64,000 bases of DNA from an uncultured Clostridia bacterium. Lineage in GTDB: Bacteria; Bacillota; Clostridia; Tissierellales; DATGTQ01. The notes under the pieces were generated by a model, which was not told where the DNA came from, made no database searches, and saw only the letters and a program-made list of their open reading frames with translations. The position numbers and the translations under genes were made by a program. Below, piece after piece: positions 49,112 to 58,461 of this stretch; position 1 is the stretch's first letter; each line of letters starts with the position of its first letter. The DNA is taken from the NCBI GenBank assembly GCA_964447805.1, contig CAYUTQ010000005.1:8398-72397 (forward strand). Reading direction: 5' to 3'.

Positions 49112-50509
49112 ATGTCAGGAGTCAAAATAACAGAAACAATTTTAAGGGATGCACATCAATCATTAATTGCAACAAGAATGAAAACTGATGAAATGCTTCC
49201 AATAGCAGATAAACTAGATAGAGTAGGTTTCTACTCTCTGGAAGTATGGGGGGGAGCTACATTTGATTCTTGTTTAAGATTTTTAAACGAGGATCCTTGG
49301 GAAAGATTAAGAAAATTAAGGAAAGCATTTAAAAACACAAAACTTCAAATGTTATTAAGAGGTCAAAATCTTTTAGGTTATAGACATTATTCAGATGATG
49401 TAGTTGAAGAATTTGTGAAAAGATCTATTGAAAATGGAATAGATATTATAAGGATTTTTGATGCTTTGAATGATCCAAGAAACTTGAGGACTTCTATTGA
49501 AGCAACAAATAAAGCTGGAGGACATGCACAAGCAGCAATATCATATACTGTAAGTCCAGTACATAATATTGATTATTATGTAGATTTGGCAAAAGAATTA
49601 GAAAATATGGGTGCTGATTCAATATGTATTAAAGATATGTCTGGTATATTGCTTCCATATGTAGCAGAAGAATTAGTAACTAAAATGAAGGACAAAGTTT
49701 CGGTGCCAATTCAAATACATTCACATTTTACAAGTGGAATTGCTAACCAAACTTATATGAAAGCTATAGAAGCCGGAGCTGATATAATAGATACTGCTAT
49801 TTCACCTTTTGGTATGGGAACTAGTCAACCTGCTACGGAATCTATGGTAGCATCGTTGAGAAACTCACCTTATGATCCTGAGTTAGATATGGATTTACTT
49901 TTGGAAATTGCCGAGTATTTTAAAGGTATAAGGGAGAAGTATGAAAAAGAAGGACTTTTAAGTCCAAAGGTATTAATGGTAAATGCAAAAACATTGAAAT
50001 ACCAAGTACCTGGTGGTATGTTATCAAATTTAGTATCTCAATTAAAAGCACAAGGTGCTTTAGATAAGTTTGATGAAGTACTAGAAGAAGTTCCAAAAGT
50101 AAGGGAAGACCTAGGATATCCACCATTAGTTACTCCTATGAGTCAAATAGTTGGTACACAATCAGTTTTTAATGTAGTGTTAGGGGAAAGATACAAGATG
50201 GTACCTAAAGAAGCTAAAAACTACGTTAAAGGTCTTTATGGCAAACCAACAGTGCCTATTAAAGATGAAATAAGAAAAAAAATAATTAACAATGAAGAAG
50301 TTTATACAGATAGACCTGCAGATTTATTAGAACCTGAATTAGATAAACTTAAGGCTGAAATTAAAGAATATATGGAACAAGATGAGGATGTACTAAGTTA
50401 TGCATTGTTTCCATCAGTTGCAGTTGATTTCTTTAAGTACAGACAAGCAAAAAAATATAAAATAGATAGTAATTTAGTAAATGATGAATTTAAAACTTAT
50501 CCAGTATAA
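49112..50509 (+). CDS. Oxaloacetate decarboxylase alpha / pyruvate carboxylase B carboxyltransferase, no biotin domain
   Basis: LRDAHQSL, WGGATFD, LRGQNLLGYRHY, IKDMSG, HSH, PPLVTPMSQIVG. Confidence 0.92.
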   Translation: MSGVKITETILRDAHQSLIATRMKTDEMLPIADKLDRVGFYSLEVWGGATFDSCLRFLNEDPWERLRKLRKAFKNTKLQMLLRGQNLLGYRHYSDDVVEEFVKRSIENGIDIIRIFDALNDPRNLRTSIEATNKAGGHAQAAISYTVSPVHNIDYYVDLAKELENMGADSICIKDMSGILLPYVAEELVTKMKDKVSVPIQIHSHFTSGIANQTYMKAIEAGADIIDTAISPFGMGTSQPATESMVASLRNSPYDPELDMDLLLEIAEYFKGIREKYEKEGLLSPKVLMVNAKTLKYQVPGGMLSNLVSQLKAQGALDKFDEVLEEVPKVREDLGYPPLVTPMSQIVGTQSVFNVVLGERYKMVPKEAKNYVKGLYGKPTVPIKDEIRKKIINNEEVYTDRPADLLEPELDKLKAEIKEYMEQDEDVLSYALFPSVAVDFFKYRQAKKYKIDSNLVNDEFKTYPV

Positions 50510-50536
50510 AAAACAAGCCGTACGGCTTGTTTTTTT
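50508..50536 (+). terminator. Intrinsic terminator
   Basis: AAAAAACAAGCC-GTAC-GGCTTGTTTTTT. Confidence 0.85.
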
Positions 50537-50674
50537 GAATAATGATGAAACAAAACTTGCATATTTTATAGAAATTATTTAAAAATGAAATAAATCTTGC
50601 ACATAGTATATAAATTTGATATTATTTAATTGAACAAATAATATTATAATAAAAAATAATGAGGGGGAAAAGGA

Positions 50675-50875
50675 ATGGCTACAAAAATAGAAAAAATCCT
50701 CTACATAGATAAAGATTGGTGTAAAGGTTGCGGAATATGTGTAGCATTTTGTCCTAAAGATGTTCTTGAAATAAAGAACGGAAAAGTAAATATTATAAAT
50801 AGGGATCAATGTATAGGCTGTGGACAGTGTGAATTAAGGTGTCCTGACTATGCTATATATTTAGGAGGTAAATAA
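50675..50875 (+). CDS. 2[4Fe-4S] delta subunit of a 2-oxoacid:ferredoxin oxidoreductase
   Basis: CKGCGICVAFCP and CIGCGQCELRCP. Confidence 0.93.
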   Translation: MATKIEKILYIDKDWCKGCGICVAFCPKDVLEIKNGKVNIINRDQCIGCGQCELRCPDYAIYLGGK

Positions 50876-50876
50876 T

Positions 50877-52001
50877 ATGTTAAAACTTATGCAAGGTAAT
50901 GAAGCTTGTGTAGAAGGTGCAATGACTGCTGGAATGAGGTTTTATGCTGGTTATCCAATAACTCCATCAACAGAAATTGCAGAAATTTCTGCAGCTAAAT
51001 TGCCTAAAATCGGAGGTAAATTCCTACAAATGGAAGATGAATTAGCTAGTATGGGGGCAGTTATAGGAGCTTCATTGGCAGGATATAAGTCAATGACAGC
51101 AACTAGTGGTCCTGGATTTTCATTAAAACAAGAAAATATTGGGTATGCAGCAATGGCAGAAATACCCTGTGTAATTGTTGATGTTCAAAGAGGAGGTCCT
51201 AGTACAGGATTACCTACATCTCCTGCACAAGGGGATATGATGCAAGCAAGATGGGGAACTCATGGGGATCATCCTGTTATAGCATTATATCCATCTACAG
51301 TTAGAGAAATTTATGATACTACTATACAGGCTTTTAATTTAGCAGAAAAATATAGGACTCCAGTTATACTTTTAATGGATGAAGTAATTGGACATATGAG
51401 AGAAAAAATTGAAATTCCAGATAAATGCGATATGGAAATTATCAATAGAATTAAACCAACAGAAAATCCTGAAAATTATAATCCTTATGAAGTCAAAGAA
51501 GGAAAGCTAGTTCCATCGATGCCAGCTTTTGGTGAAGGATATAGATTTCATGTTACAGGATTAGTTCATGATAAAACAGGTTTTCCGACTAATGACAATA
51601 AAATTGCTGAGGAATCAATTAAAAGATTAGTTAATAAAGTAAATGATAATGTTGATGATATTGTTTCTTATGAAGAATACAAATTAGATGATGCAGATAT
51701 AGCTATTGTAGCATATGGTTCAACTTCTAGATCTGCAAAAAGTGCTGTTGATATGGCCAGAGAGCAGGGGATTAAATTAGGTTTATTTAGACCTATAACT
51801 ATTTGGCCTTCTCCAGAAAAACAGATTGAAGAATTATCTAGAAAAGTTGAAAAAATAGTTGTTGTTGAAATGAATTTAGGACAATATTTTTTAGAGGTAG
51901 ATAGAATAGCTAGTAAAAATACTATCGTTCGTAAATATGGTCGTGTTAATGGAGAACTTATTACTCCACATGAAATTTTATCTATAATTAAGGGGGTTTA
52001 A
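50877..52001 (+). CDS. korA: 2-oxoacid:ferredoxin oxidoreductase alpha subunit
   Basis: YAGYPITPSTE, QMEDE, ATSGPG, QRGGPSTGLPT. Confidence 0.9.
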   Translation: MLKLMQGNEACVEGAMTAGMRFYAGYPITPSTEIAEISAAKLPKIGGKFLQMEDELASMGAVIGASLAGYKSMTATSGPGFSLKQENIGYAAMAEIPCVIVDVQRGGPSTGLPTSPAQGDMMQARWGTHGDHPVIALYPSTVREIYDTTIQAFNLAEKYRTPVILLMDEVIGHMREKIEIPDKCDMEIINRIKPTENPENYNPYEVKEGKLVPSMPAFGEGYRFHVTGLVHDKTGFPTNDNKIAEESIKRLVNKVNDNVDDIVSYEEYKLDDADIAIVAYGSTSRSAKSAVDMAREQGIKLGLFRPITIWPSPEKQIEELSRKVEKIVVVEMNLGQYFLEVDRIASKNTIVRKYGRVNGELITPHEILSIIKGV

Positions 52002-52004
52002 AAA

Positions 52005-52817
52005 GTGCCAAGTGAATTAGTAAAAAAATATTACAGATCAAATAGATTACCTCACATTTGGTGTCCAGGGTGTGGCAACGGGATTGTTACAAGATCCATT
52101 GTAAAGGCAATAGATAATCTTGGTTTGAATAAAGATGAAGTATGTATAGTATCTGGTATTGGGTGTTCATCAAGGGGTTCTGGATATTTAGATTTTAATA
52201 CTATTCATACAACTCATGGTAGAGCTCTCGCTTTTGCTACAGGTATAAAATTTGCTAATCCTAAACTAACTGTAATTGTAATAACAGGTGATGGTGATAG
52301 TGCTGCTATAGGCGGGAATCATTTAATACATGCAGCAAGAAGAAATATTGATATTACTACTGTTGTATATAATAATAATATTTATGGTATGACAGGAGGG
52401 CAGTATTCTCCTACAACTCCTACTGGTGATAAGGGAACTACAGCACCTTATGGAAATATAGATAGCAATTTTGATCTTTGTAAATTATCACAAGCTGCAG
52501 GAGCTACATATGTTGGAAGAGGAACTGTTTATAATCCAAATCAAATTATTCAGTTAATAGAAGAAGGAATAAAAAGTAAGGGATTTTCTTTTGTTGAAAC
52601 TGTAACTTTATGTCCTACATATTATGGACGTAAAAATAAAAAAGGTAATGCAGTAGATATGATGAATTTTCTAAAAGAAAATACTATAAATGTGAAAGCG
52701 GTTAAAAAACTTCCTAAAGATAAAGTAAAAGATAAAATTATAGTTGGGGAGTTGTATAAGGAAAGTCGTCCTGAGTATACAGAGAAGTATAATAAATTAG
52801 TAAAATCATTTTGTTAA
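52005..52817 (+). CDS. korB: 2-oxoacid:ferredoxin oxidoreductase beta subunit
   Basis: WCPGCG, SGIGCS, HGRA, GDGD, NNNIYGMTGGQ.SPT. Confidence 0.9.
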   Translation: MPSELVKKYYRSNRLPHIWCPGCGNGIVTRSIVKAIDNLGLNKDEVCIVSGIGCSSRGSGYLDFNTIHTTHGRALAFATGIKFANPKLTVIVITGDGDSAAIGGNHLIHAARRNIDITTVVYNNNIYGMTGGQYSPTTPTGDKGTTAPYGNIDSNFDLCKLSQAAGATYVGRGTVYNPNQIIQLIEEGIKSKGFSFVETVTLCPTYYGRKNKKGNAVDMMNFLKENTINVKAVKKLPKDKVKDKIIVGELYKESRPEYTEKYNKLVKSFC

Positions 52818-52831
52818 AGGAGAGATGTTTT

Positions 52832-53392
52832 ATGCATAATGAGTTAAGATTAAGTGGTTCTGGGGGACAGGGGTTAATATTGGCAGGTATTATACTTGCT
52901 GAAGCTGCTCTACATGATGGAAACAATGTTGTTCAATCTCAATCTTATGGTCCAGAAGCTAGAGGTGGGGCAAGTAAGGCAGAAGTAATTATAAGTGAAA
53001 ATGGAATTAATTATCCTAAAATAGAAAAATGTAATATTTTATTATGTTTAACAGAAGTAGCATACAATAAATATGTAAATAGTTTAGAAAAAGGTGGCAC
53101 ACTTATTTTGGATAGCAATATTTCTAAGAGACCTAATAGAGATGATTTGAAAATTTACAGTGTTCCTATATTAGATACTGCTAAAAACGAGTTAAAAAGA
53201 TCTATGGTTGCTAATATTGTGGCTTTGGGAAGTATTTATGGGTTAACTAAGGTAGTGAGTAGAGAATCATTGGAAAAAGCGGTATTAGCTAGAGTACCAA
53301 AAGGTACAGAAGAACTTAATAAGAGAGCTCTTGAGGCAGGGTTTAGCTTAATATCAAATGTTGAGGAAGATTCGTATGGAGCGGTATGTTGA
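52832..53392 (+). CDS. korC: 2-oxoacid:ferredoxin oxidoreductase gamma subunit
   Basis: SGSGGQGLILAG, SYGPEARGG, ANIVALG. Confidence 0.9.
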   Translation: MHNELRLSGSGGQGLILAGIILAEAALHDGNNVVQSQSYGPEARGGASKAEVIISENGINYPKIEKCNILLCLTEVAYNKYVNSLEKGGTLILDSNISKRPNRDDLKIYSVPILDTAKNELKRSMVANIVALGSIYGLTKVVSRESLEKAVLARVPKGTEELNKRALEAGFSLISNVEEDSYGAVC

Positions 53393-54254
53393 TTTAATAA
53401 AATTACTTCAAAACAATTTCAAAAAACTAAGCAAAGGTCAAAAACTTATTGCGGAATATATTATGGAAAACTATGATAAAGCAGCTTTTATGACAGCATC
53501 AAAATTGGGAAAAACAGTAGGTGTAAGCGAATCTACAGTTGTAAGATTTGCTAATACTTTAGAATATGAAGGTTATAGAGAATTACAAAAAGACTTACAA
53601 GAGTTAATAAAAAACAAATTAACTACAGTTCAAAGAATATCTTTAACAGATGATTATTCTATTACAAAGGAAAATTCTTTGAGAAAGGTATTGAAAAAAG
53701 ATATAGATAATATAAATAGAATTATTGATGAAATAGACTATGAAAGTTTTGATGATGCTATTGAGAGTATTCTAGAAGCAGAAACAGTTTATGTGGTAGG
53801 TCTTAGGAGTTCCACATTTTTAGTGGGATATTTAGGATTTTATTTAAATTTTATTGTTGATAATGTAAAAACAGTAACTGCAGCACCTAACGATGTTTTT
53901 GAACAATTATTGAAGGCTAAAAAAGATGATGTTGTTATTGGTATTAGTTATCCTAGATATTCTAAAATAACTTTGGAAGCTTTGAATTATGTTAAAGGAA
54001 AAGGATGTAAAATAATTTGTATTACAGATAGTTTAATTTCACCTGCTGCTCAAATAGCAGATATTAATCTTATTGCAGGAAGTAATATGGTTTCTTTTGT
54101 GGATTCTTTAGTAGCACCAATGAGTTTAATAAATGCGCTTATAGTAGGTGTAGGAATGGAAAAAAAAGAAGATATTACTAGGTATTTTGAGGCTTTAGAG
54201 GGTATATGGGATAAACATAATGTGTACGGAGGAACTAATAATACAAATAAATAA
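53376..54254 (+). CDS. MurR/RpiR-family regulator
   Basis: LSKGQK.IA.YI, VSESTVVRFA..L.Y.GY.ELQ; SIS domain. Confidence 0.93.
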   Translation: MERYVDLIKLLQNNFKKLSKGQKLIAEYIMENYDKAAFMTASKLGKTVGVSESTVVRFANTLEYEGYRELQKDLQELIKNKLTTVQRISLTDDYSITKENSLRKVLKKDIDNINRIIDEIDYESFDDAIESILEAETVYVVGLRSSTFLVGYLGFYLNFIVDNVKTVTAAPNDVFEQLLKAKKDDVVIGISYPRYSKITLEALNYVKGKGCKIICITDSLISPAAQIADINLIAGSNMVSFVDSLVAPMSLINALIVGVGMEKKEDITRYFEALEGIWDKHNVYGGTNNTNK

Positions 54255-54275
54255 AAGGTTATTAGATACCTATAT

Positions 54276-54307
54276 AATAAAATGCACCTTTAAAGGTGCA
54301 TTTTATT
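54276..54307. terminator. Palindromic terminator
   Basis: AATAAAATGCACCTTT / AAAGGTGCATTTTATT. Confidence 0.8.
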
Positions 54308-54364
54308 ATTACTCTCAAATATTTGTTATAATAAGTACATAATAAAAAATATTGGAGGTTTGTT

Positions 54365-54994
54365 ATGAGAAGAATATACTTGACGAGACATGGTGAATCA
54401 AAATGGAATAAATTTAAAAAAATTCAGGGTCAACAAGATATTGATTTAACTTCTAAAGGAAAGAATCAAGCAAAAATATTAGCTAAAAGATTGAAACAAG
54501 AAGATATTGATATTATATTCTCAAGTGATTTAACAAGAGCTTATGATACAGCACAAATAGTAGGAAATGAAATTAATGTAGATATAATAAAATTGGAAGA
54601 ATTAAGAGAAATTAAATTTGGTCCTTGGGAAGGAGTAAGGACTGAAGAATTAGTTAATAATTATGGAGAAGAATATAAATTATGGCTAAAAACGCCTCAT
54701 AAATTTAAATTTGAAAATATAGAGACAGTGAAAGAACTAATAAATAGAGCTTATAAAGCTTTAGATATTATCTTAGACAATAATGATTTTGAAAATATAT
54801 TAATTGTTTCGCATGGTACTTTTTTAAAAGCAATACTTTTGGTTCTTTTAGATTTAGATATTTCAAGTTTTAGCAAATTTGCTATAGATAACGTGAGTTT
54901 AAGTATTGTAGAATGTAGAGAATACAACAATGTTCTAAAATTATTTAATGATACTAATCATTTGAGGGAGGTTTATACTTATAATGACAGATAA
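54365..54994 (+). CDS. Histidine phosphatase (phosphoglycerate mutase family)
   Basis: LTRHGES, SSDLTRAYDTA, LREIKFG.WEG, VSHG. Confidence 0.92.
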   Translation: MRRIYLTRHGESKWNKFKKIQGQQDIDLTSKGKNQAKILAKRLKQEDIDIIFSSDLTRAYDTAQIVGNEINVDIIKLEELREIKFGPWEGVRTEELVNNYGEEYKLWLKTPHKFKFENIETVKELINRAYKALDIILDNNDFENILIVSHGTFLKAILLVLLDLDISSFSKFAIDNVSLSIVECREYNNVLKLFNDTNHLREVYTYNDR

Positions 54995-56207
54995 AATTTG
55001 CGTTATTGGAGGAGGACCAGCTGGAATGATTTCAGCAGGATATGCTGCAAATAAAGGTAAAGAAGTGACTTTGTTTGAGAAAAATGAGAAACTTGGGAAA
55101 AAATTATACTTAACTGGAAAAGGGAGATGTAATATTACTAATAATGCTCCTATAGAAAATTTTTTTGACAATGTAATGACTAATAAAAAATTTTTATATA
55201 GTGCTTTTTATAGTTATACTAACAAAGATATCATCCAATTATTAAAAAAGTATGGACTAGAAATAAAAGTAGAAAGAGGAGATAGAGTTTTCCCAAAATC
55301 AAATAAATCTAGTGATGTAATTAAGACTTTTGAAAAATTTTTAATAGATAAAAAAGTAAATATTGTTTTGAATAATAATATAAAATATATAGAAGAAATG
55401 GGGAAAGGATTTTTAATTAAATTAGAAAATAAAGGCCAATATTATTTCGACAAGATTATATTAGCAACTGGAGGTAAATCCTATCCTTCTACAGGTTCAA
55501 CTGGTGATGGCTATAATTTTGCTAAAAACTTTGGACATACAATTAAAAAATTAAAACCTGCACTTATTCCTATTGAGTTGAAGGACACTTGGATATCTTC
55601 TTTACAGGGTTTATCATTAAGAAATGTTACATTATATGCTAAAGTCAACAATAAAATTGTTTGTGAAGAATTTGGAGAAATGTTATTTACTCATTTTGGA
55701 ATATCTGGTCCTATAGTTCTTTCATTGAGTAATCAATTAAACAAATTTCCTTTTAAAAAAATAAATTTATATTTAGATTTAAAACCTGCTCTTTCAAATG
55801 AAAAATTAGAAAAAAGAATATTAAGAGATTTTAATAAATACAATAATAAGCAAATAAAAAATGGTTTGAAAGATTTGTTACCCCAAAATTTAATACCTAT
55901 AATTTTAAAATTTGCTAATATTAATTATGAAAAACCAGTTCACCAAATTACAAAAACAGAAAGGCAGAAATTAGTTGATACAATAAAAAATCTACCATTA
56001 CAATTTTCAAAATTTAGGCCAATTGAAGAGGCTATTGTAACTTCTGGTGGAATTTCAACAGAAGAAATAGATTCCTCTACTATGGAATCTAAAATTAAAA
56101 AGGGTTTATTTTTTGCTGGTGAAATCATTGATATTGATGCATTAACAGGGGGATATAATTTGCAAATTGCTTATTCTACAGGGTATTTAGCAGGAATGAA
56201 TGTTTGA
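54984..56207 (+). CDS. HI0933/BaiN-family flavoprotein
   Basis: IGGGPAGM, GKKLYLTGKGRCNITN, LATGG.SYP.TGSTGDG, LFTHFGISGP, TGGYNLQ.A.STG. Confidence 0.92.
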   Translation: MTDKICVIGGGPAGMISAGYAANKGKEVTLFEKNEKLGKKLYLTGKGRCNITNNAPIENFFDNVMTNKKFLYSAFYSYTNKDIIQLLKKYGLEIKVERGDRVFPKSNKSSDVIKTFEKFLIDKKVNIVLNNNIKYIEEMGKGFLIKLENKGQYYFDKIILATGGKSYPSTGSTGDGYNFAKNFGHTIKKLKPALIPIELKDTWISSLQGLSLRNVTLYAKVNNKIVCEEFGEMLFTHFGISGPIVLSLSNQLNKFPFKKINLYLDLKPALSNEKLEKRILRDFNKYNNKQIKNGLKDLLPQNLIPIILKFANINYEKPVHQITKTERQKLVDTIKNLPLQFSKFRPIEEAIVTSGGISTEEIDSSTMESKIKKGLFFAGEIIDIDALTGGYNLQIAYSTGYLAGMNV

Positions 56208-56283
56208 TATTATCTGACTAGTATACATGATTTCTTTTAATAATGCATATTATAATTATATAATATGTTTTAGGAGGAATTAT

Positions 56284-56733
56284 ATGCAAAGAATATTCCA
56301 CATATTGGAAATAGCGATTTTAACTTTAACCATTATAAGTATTTTGTTTTTGACATTTGTTCAAATTATATTACCTGAAGACAATAATTTAATATCTACT
56401 GTAAGTAAATATCATAGTGAAAAAAAACTTGTTCCTATAAATAAAATAAGTGGTGAGGGGAAAGGTATTATTGTTTTAAAATTACTAAATTTTGATTTAA
56501 AAGATGTAGAGATAATTATTAATGGAGATATAGTTAATAGTTTTGATGAAAAAGATGAAATTAGTGTTGAAGTTTATAATAATGATGTAATAGAAATAGA
56601 TGGTACTAAATATATGGATAAAGTAAAAGTACAGGTAGTAGGAATAAGTAAGAACATAGAATTACCTAAATTAAATGCGAAGGTTGAAACTTCACAAAGT
56701 ATTGAAATGTTAGGACGGGTTAAATTTAAATAG
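56284..56733 (+). CDS. Hypothetical membrane-anchored protein
   Basis: AGGAGG RBS, N-terminal TM, soluble beta-rich C-terminus. Confidence 0.7.
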   Translation: MQRIFHILEIAILTLTIISILFLTFVQIILPEDNNLISTVSKYHSEKKLVPINKISGEGKGIIVLKLLNFDLKDVEIIINGDIVNSFDEKDEISVEVYNNDVIEIDGTKYMDKVKVQVVGISKNIELPKLNAKVETSQSIEMLGRVKFK

Positions 56734-56784
56734 CTTGAGTCAATTAGTTTTTTAATATATAATAAAAAAAGAAAGTGGTGTATT

Positions 56785-57147
56785 ATGAGTATTGTTGCTA
56801 TTAGAGGTGCTATAACAGTAGACAGAAATAACAAAGATGAAATTTTAAAAAATACTAAAAAACTTATTTTAGAAATGGAGAAAGCAAATAATATCCAGAG
56901 AGAAAAAGTTATAAGTATTATATTTACTGCAACTAAAGATTTAAATGCTGATTATCCAGCTAAAGCTGCAAGGTTACTTGGTTATATCCATACTGGATTA
57001 ATGTGTTTTAATGAGATGGATGTTGTGAATAGTCTAGAAAGATGTATAAGAATAATGATACTATATGATGGAGAGTTTTGTCAGGGCGAGGTTAAGCATG
57101 TTTATTTAAAAGATGCAAAAATACTTCGACCAGATTTAATTTTATAA
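56785..57147 (+). CDS. aroH: AroH-type chorismate mutase
   Basis: AIRGAITV, IIFTAT.DL.A.YPA.AAR, LERCIRIM, HVYL.DA..LRPDL. Confidence 0.93.
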   Translation: MSIVAIRGAITVDRNNKDEILKNTKKLILEMEKANNIQREKVISIIFTATKDLNADYPAKAARLLGYIHTGLMCFNEMDVVNSLERCIRIMILYDGEFCQGEVKHVYLKDAKILRPDLIL

Positions 57148-57201
57148 AAAGTAACAAAACCACCACAAGGTGGTTATAATTTTATGTGAGAGGAGTATAC
57201 T

Positions 57202-57861
57202 ATGAGTGAAAATATTTCTATAGCTATAGATGGTCCTGCAGGTTCTGGCAAAAGTACTATAGCTAAAATAATTAGTAAAAAATTGGAGTTTGAATACATA
57301 GACACAGGTGCTATGTATAGGGCTTTAACTTTAAAAGTTTTAAATGAAAATATTGATTGTGAAGATGTATCTTCAATAGTAAAATTATTTAAAAAGACAG
57401 ATATTGATTTTAAATGTAATCATATTTTTTTAGACGGAATAAAAGTAGACAAGCAGATAAGAAAAAATTTTATTAATCAAAATGTTTCTATGATAGCTAA
57501 GATTGAAAAAGTTAGAAAAATTATGGTGGAGAAACAAAAAAATATTGCAAAAAATAAAAATATTGTCATGGATGGACGAGATATAGGAACAGTTGTATTA
57601 CCAAATGCAGAGTATAAATTTTTTATTACGGCATCTATAGAAGAAAGGGCAAAAAGAAGATATTTAGAGTTGAAGAAAAAAGGAGAAAAAAATATAAATA
57701 TTGATCAAATAAAAGAAGAAATTCAAATGAGAGATAAAATTGATAGTACTAGAAAAGTTGGGCCATTATTAAAAAGTCCAGATGCACATATTGTAGATAC
57801 AACTGAAAAAAGTATAGACGAAACTGTTGAAGAGGTTTTAGATATTATTGAGGGGAGGTAA
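57202..57861 (+). CDS. cmk: Cytidylate kinase
   Basis: IAIDGPAGSGKST, DTGAMYRA, DGRDIGTVVLP. Confidence 0.97.
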   Translation: MSENISIAIDGPAGSGKSTIAKIISKKLEFEYIDTGAMYRALTLKVLNENIDCEDVSSIVKLFKKTDIDFKCNHIFLDGIKVDKQIRKNFINQNVSMIAKIEKVRKIMVEKQKNIAKNKNIVMDGRDIGTVVLPNAEYKFFITASIEERAKRRYLELKKKGEKNINIDQIKEEIQMRDKIDSTRKVGPLLKSPDAHIVDTTEKSIDETVEEVLDIIEGR

Positions 57862-57865
57862 CTAA

Positions 57866-58450
57866 TTGTTTTTTTATAAGTTTTGCAGGGGGATAGGAAA
57901 TGTTTTATTTAGGATTATATTTAGGTTTAAAGTAATAGGTAAAGAAAACATACCTAAGGAAGGTAGAATTATAATATGTGCCAATCATATTAGTAATATT
58001 GATCCTGTTACATTAGGCTTGGCTGTTCCGAGACCCATACGTTTTATGGCTAAAAAAGAGTTGTTTGAAAAGAAGTTTGTAAAAGGATTAGTAGAAAAAC
58101 TAGGAGCTTTCCCAGTAGATAGAAAAAAAGTGGATTTATCTGCTATTAGAACTTCAATGAAAGTATTAAAAAATGAAGAAGTTTTAGGAATTTTTCCAGA
58201 GGGGACTAGAGTAAAGGTACCTGATATTGAAAAGGCAAAACCAGGAATTACTTTAATAAGTATAAAAGCAGAAGCTCCAATTGTTCCTGTATATATAGAT
58301 TCAAATTATAAACCTTTTAGAAAATTAGTTGTAAAAATTGGAAAACCTATGAAATTTGATGAGTTTTATAATCAAAGATTAGATACTAAAGATTACAAGA
58401 ATTTAAGTAAAAATGTTATGAAATCAATTTATGATTTAAAATATAAATAG
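57866..58450 (+). CDS. plsC: 1-acyl-sn-glycerol-3-phosphate acyltransferase
   Basis: NHISNID, FMAKKEL, IFPEGTR. Confidence 0.92.
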   Translation: MFFYKFCRGIGNVLFRIIFRFKVIGKENIPKEGRIIICANHISNIDPVTLGLAVPRPIRFMAKKELFEKKFVKGLVEKLGAFPVDRKKVDLSAIRTSMKVLKNEEVLGIFPEGTRVKVPDIEKAKPGITLISIKAEAPIVPVYIDSNYKPFRKLVVKIGKPMKFDEFYNQRLDTKDYKNLSKNVMKSIYDLKYK

Positions 58451-58461
58451 GAGGATGTAAA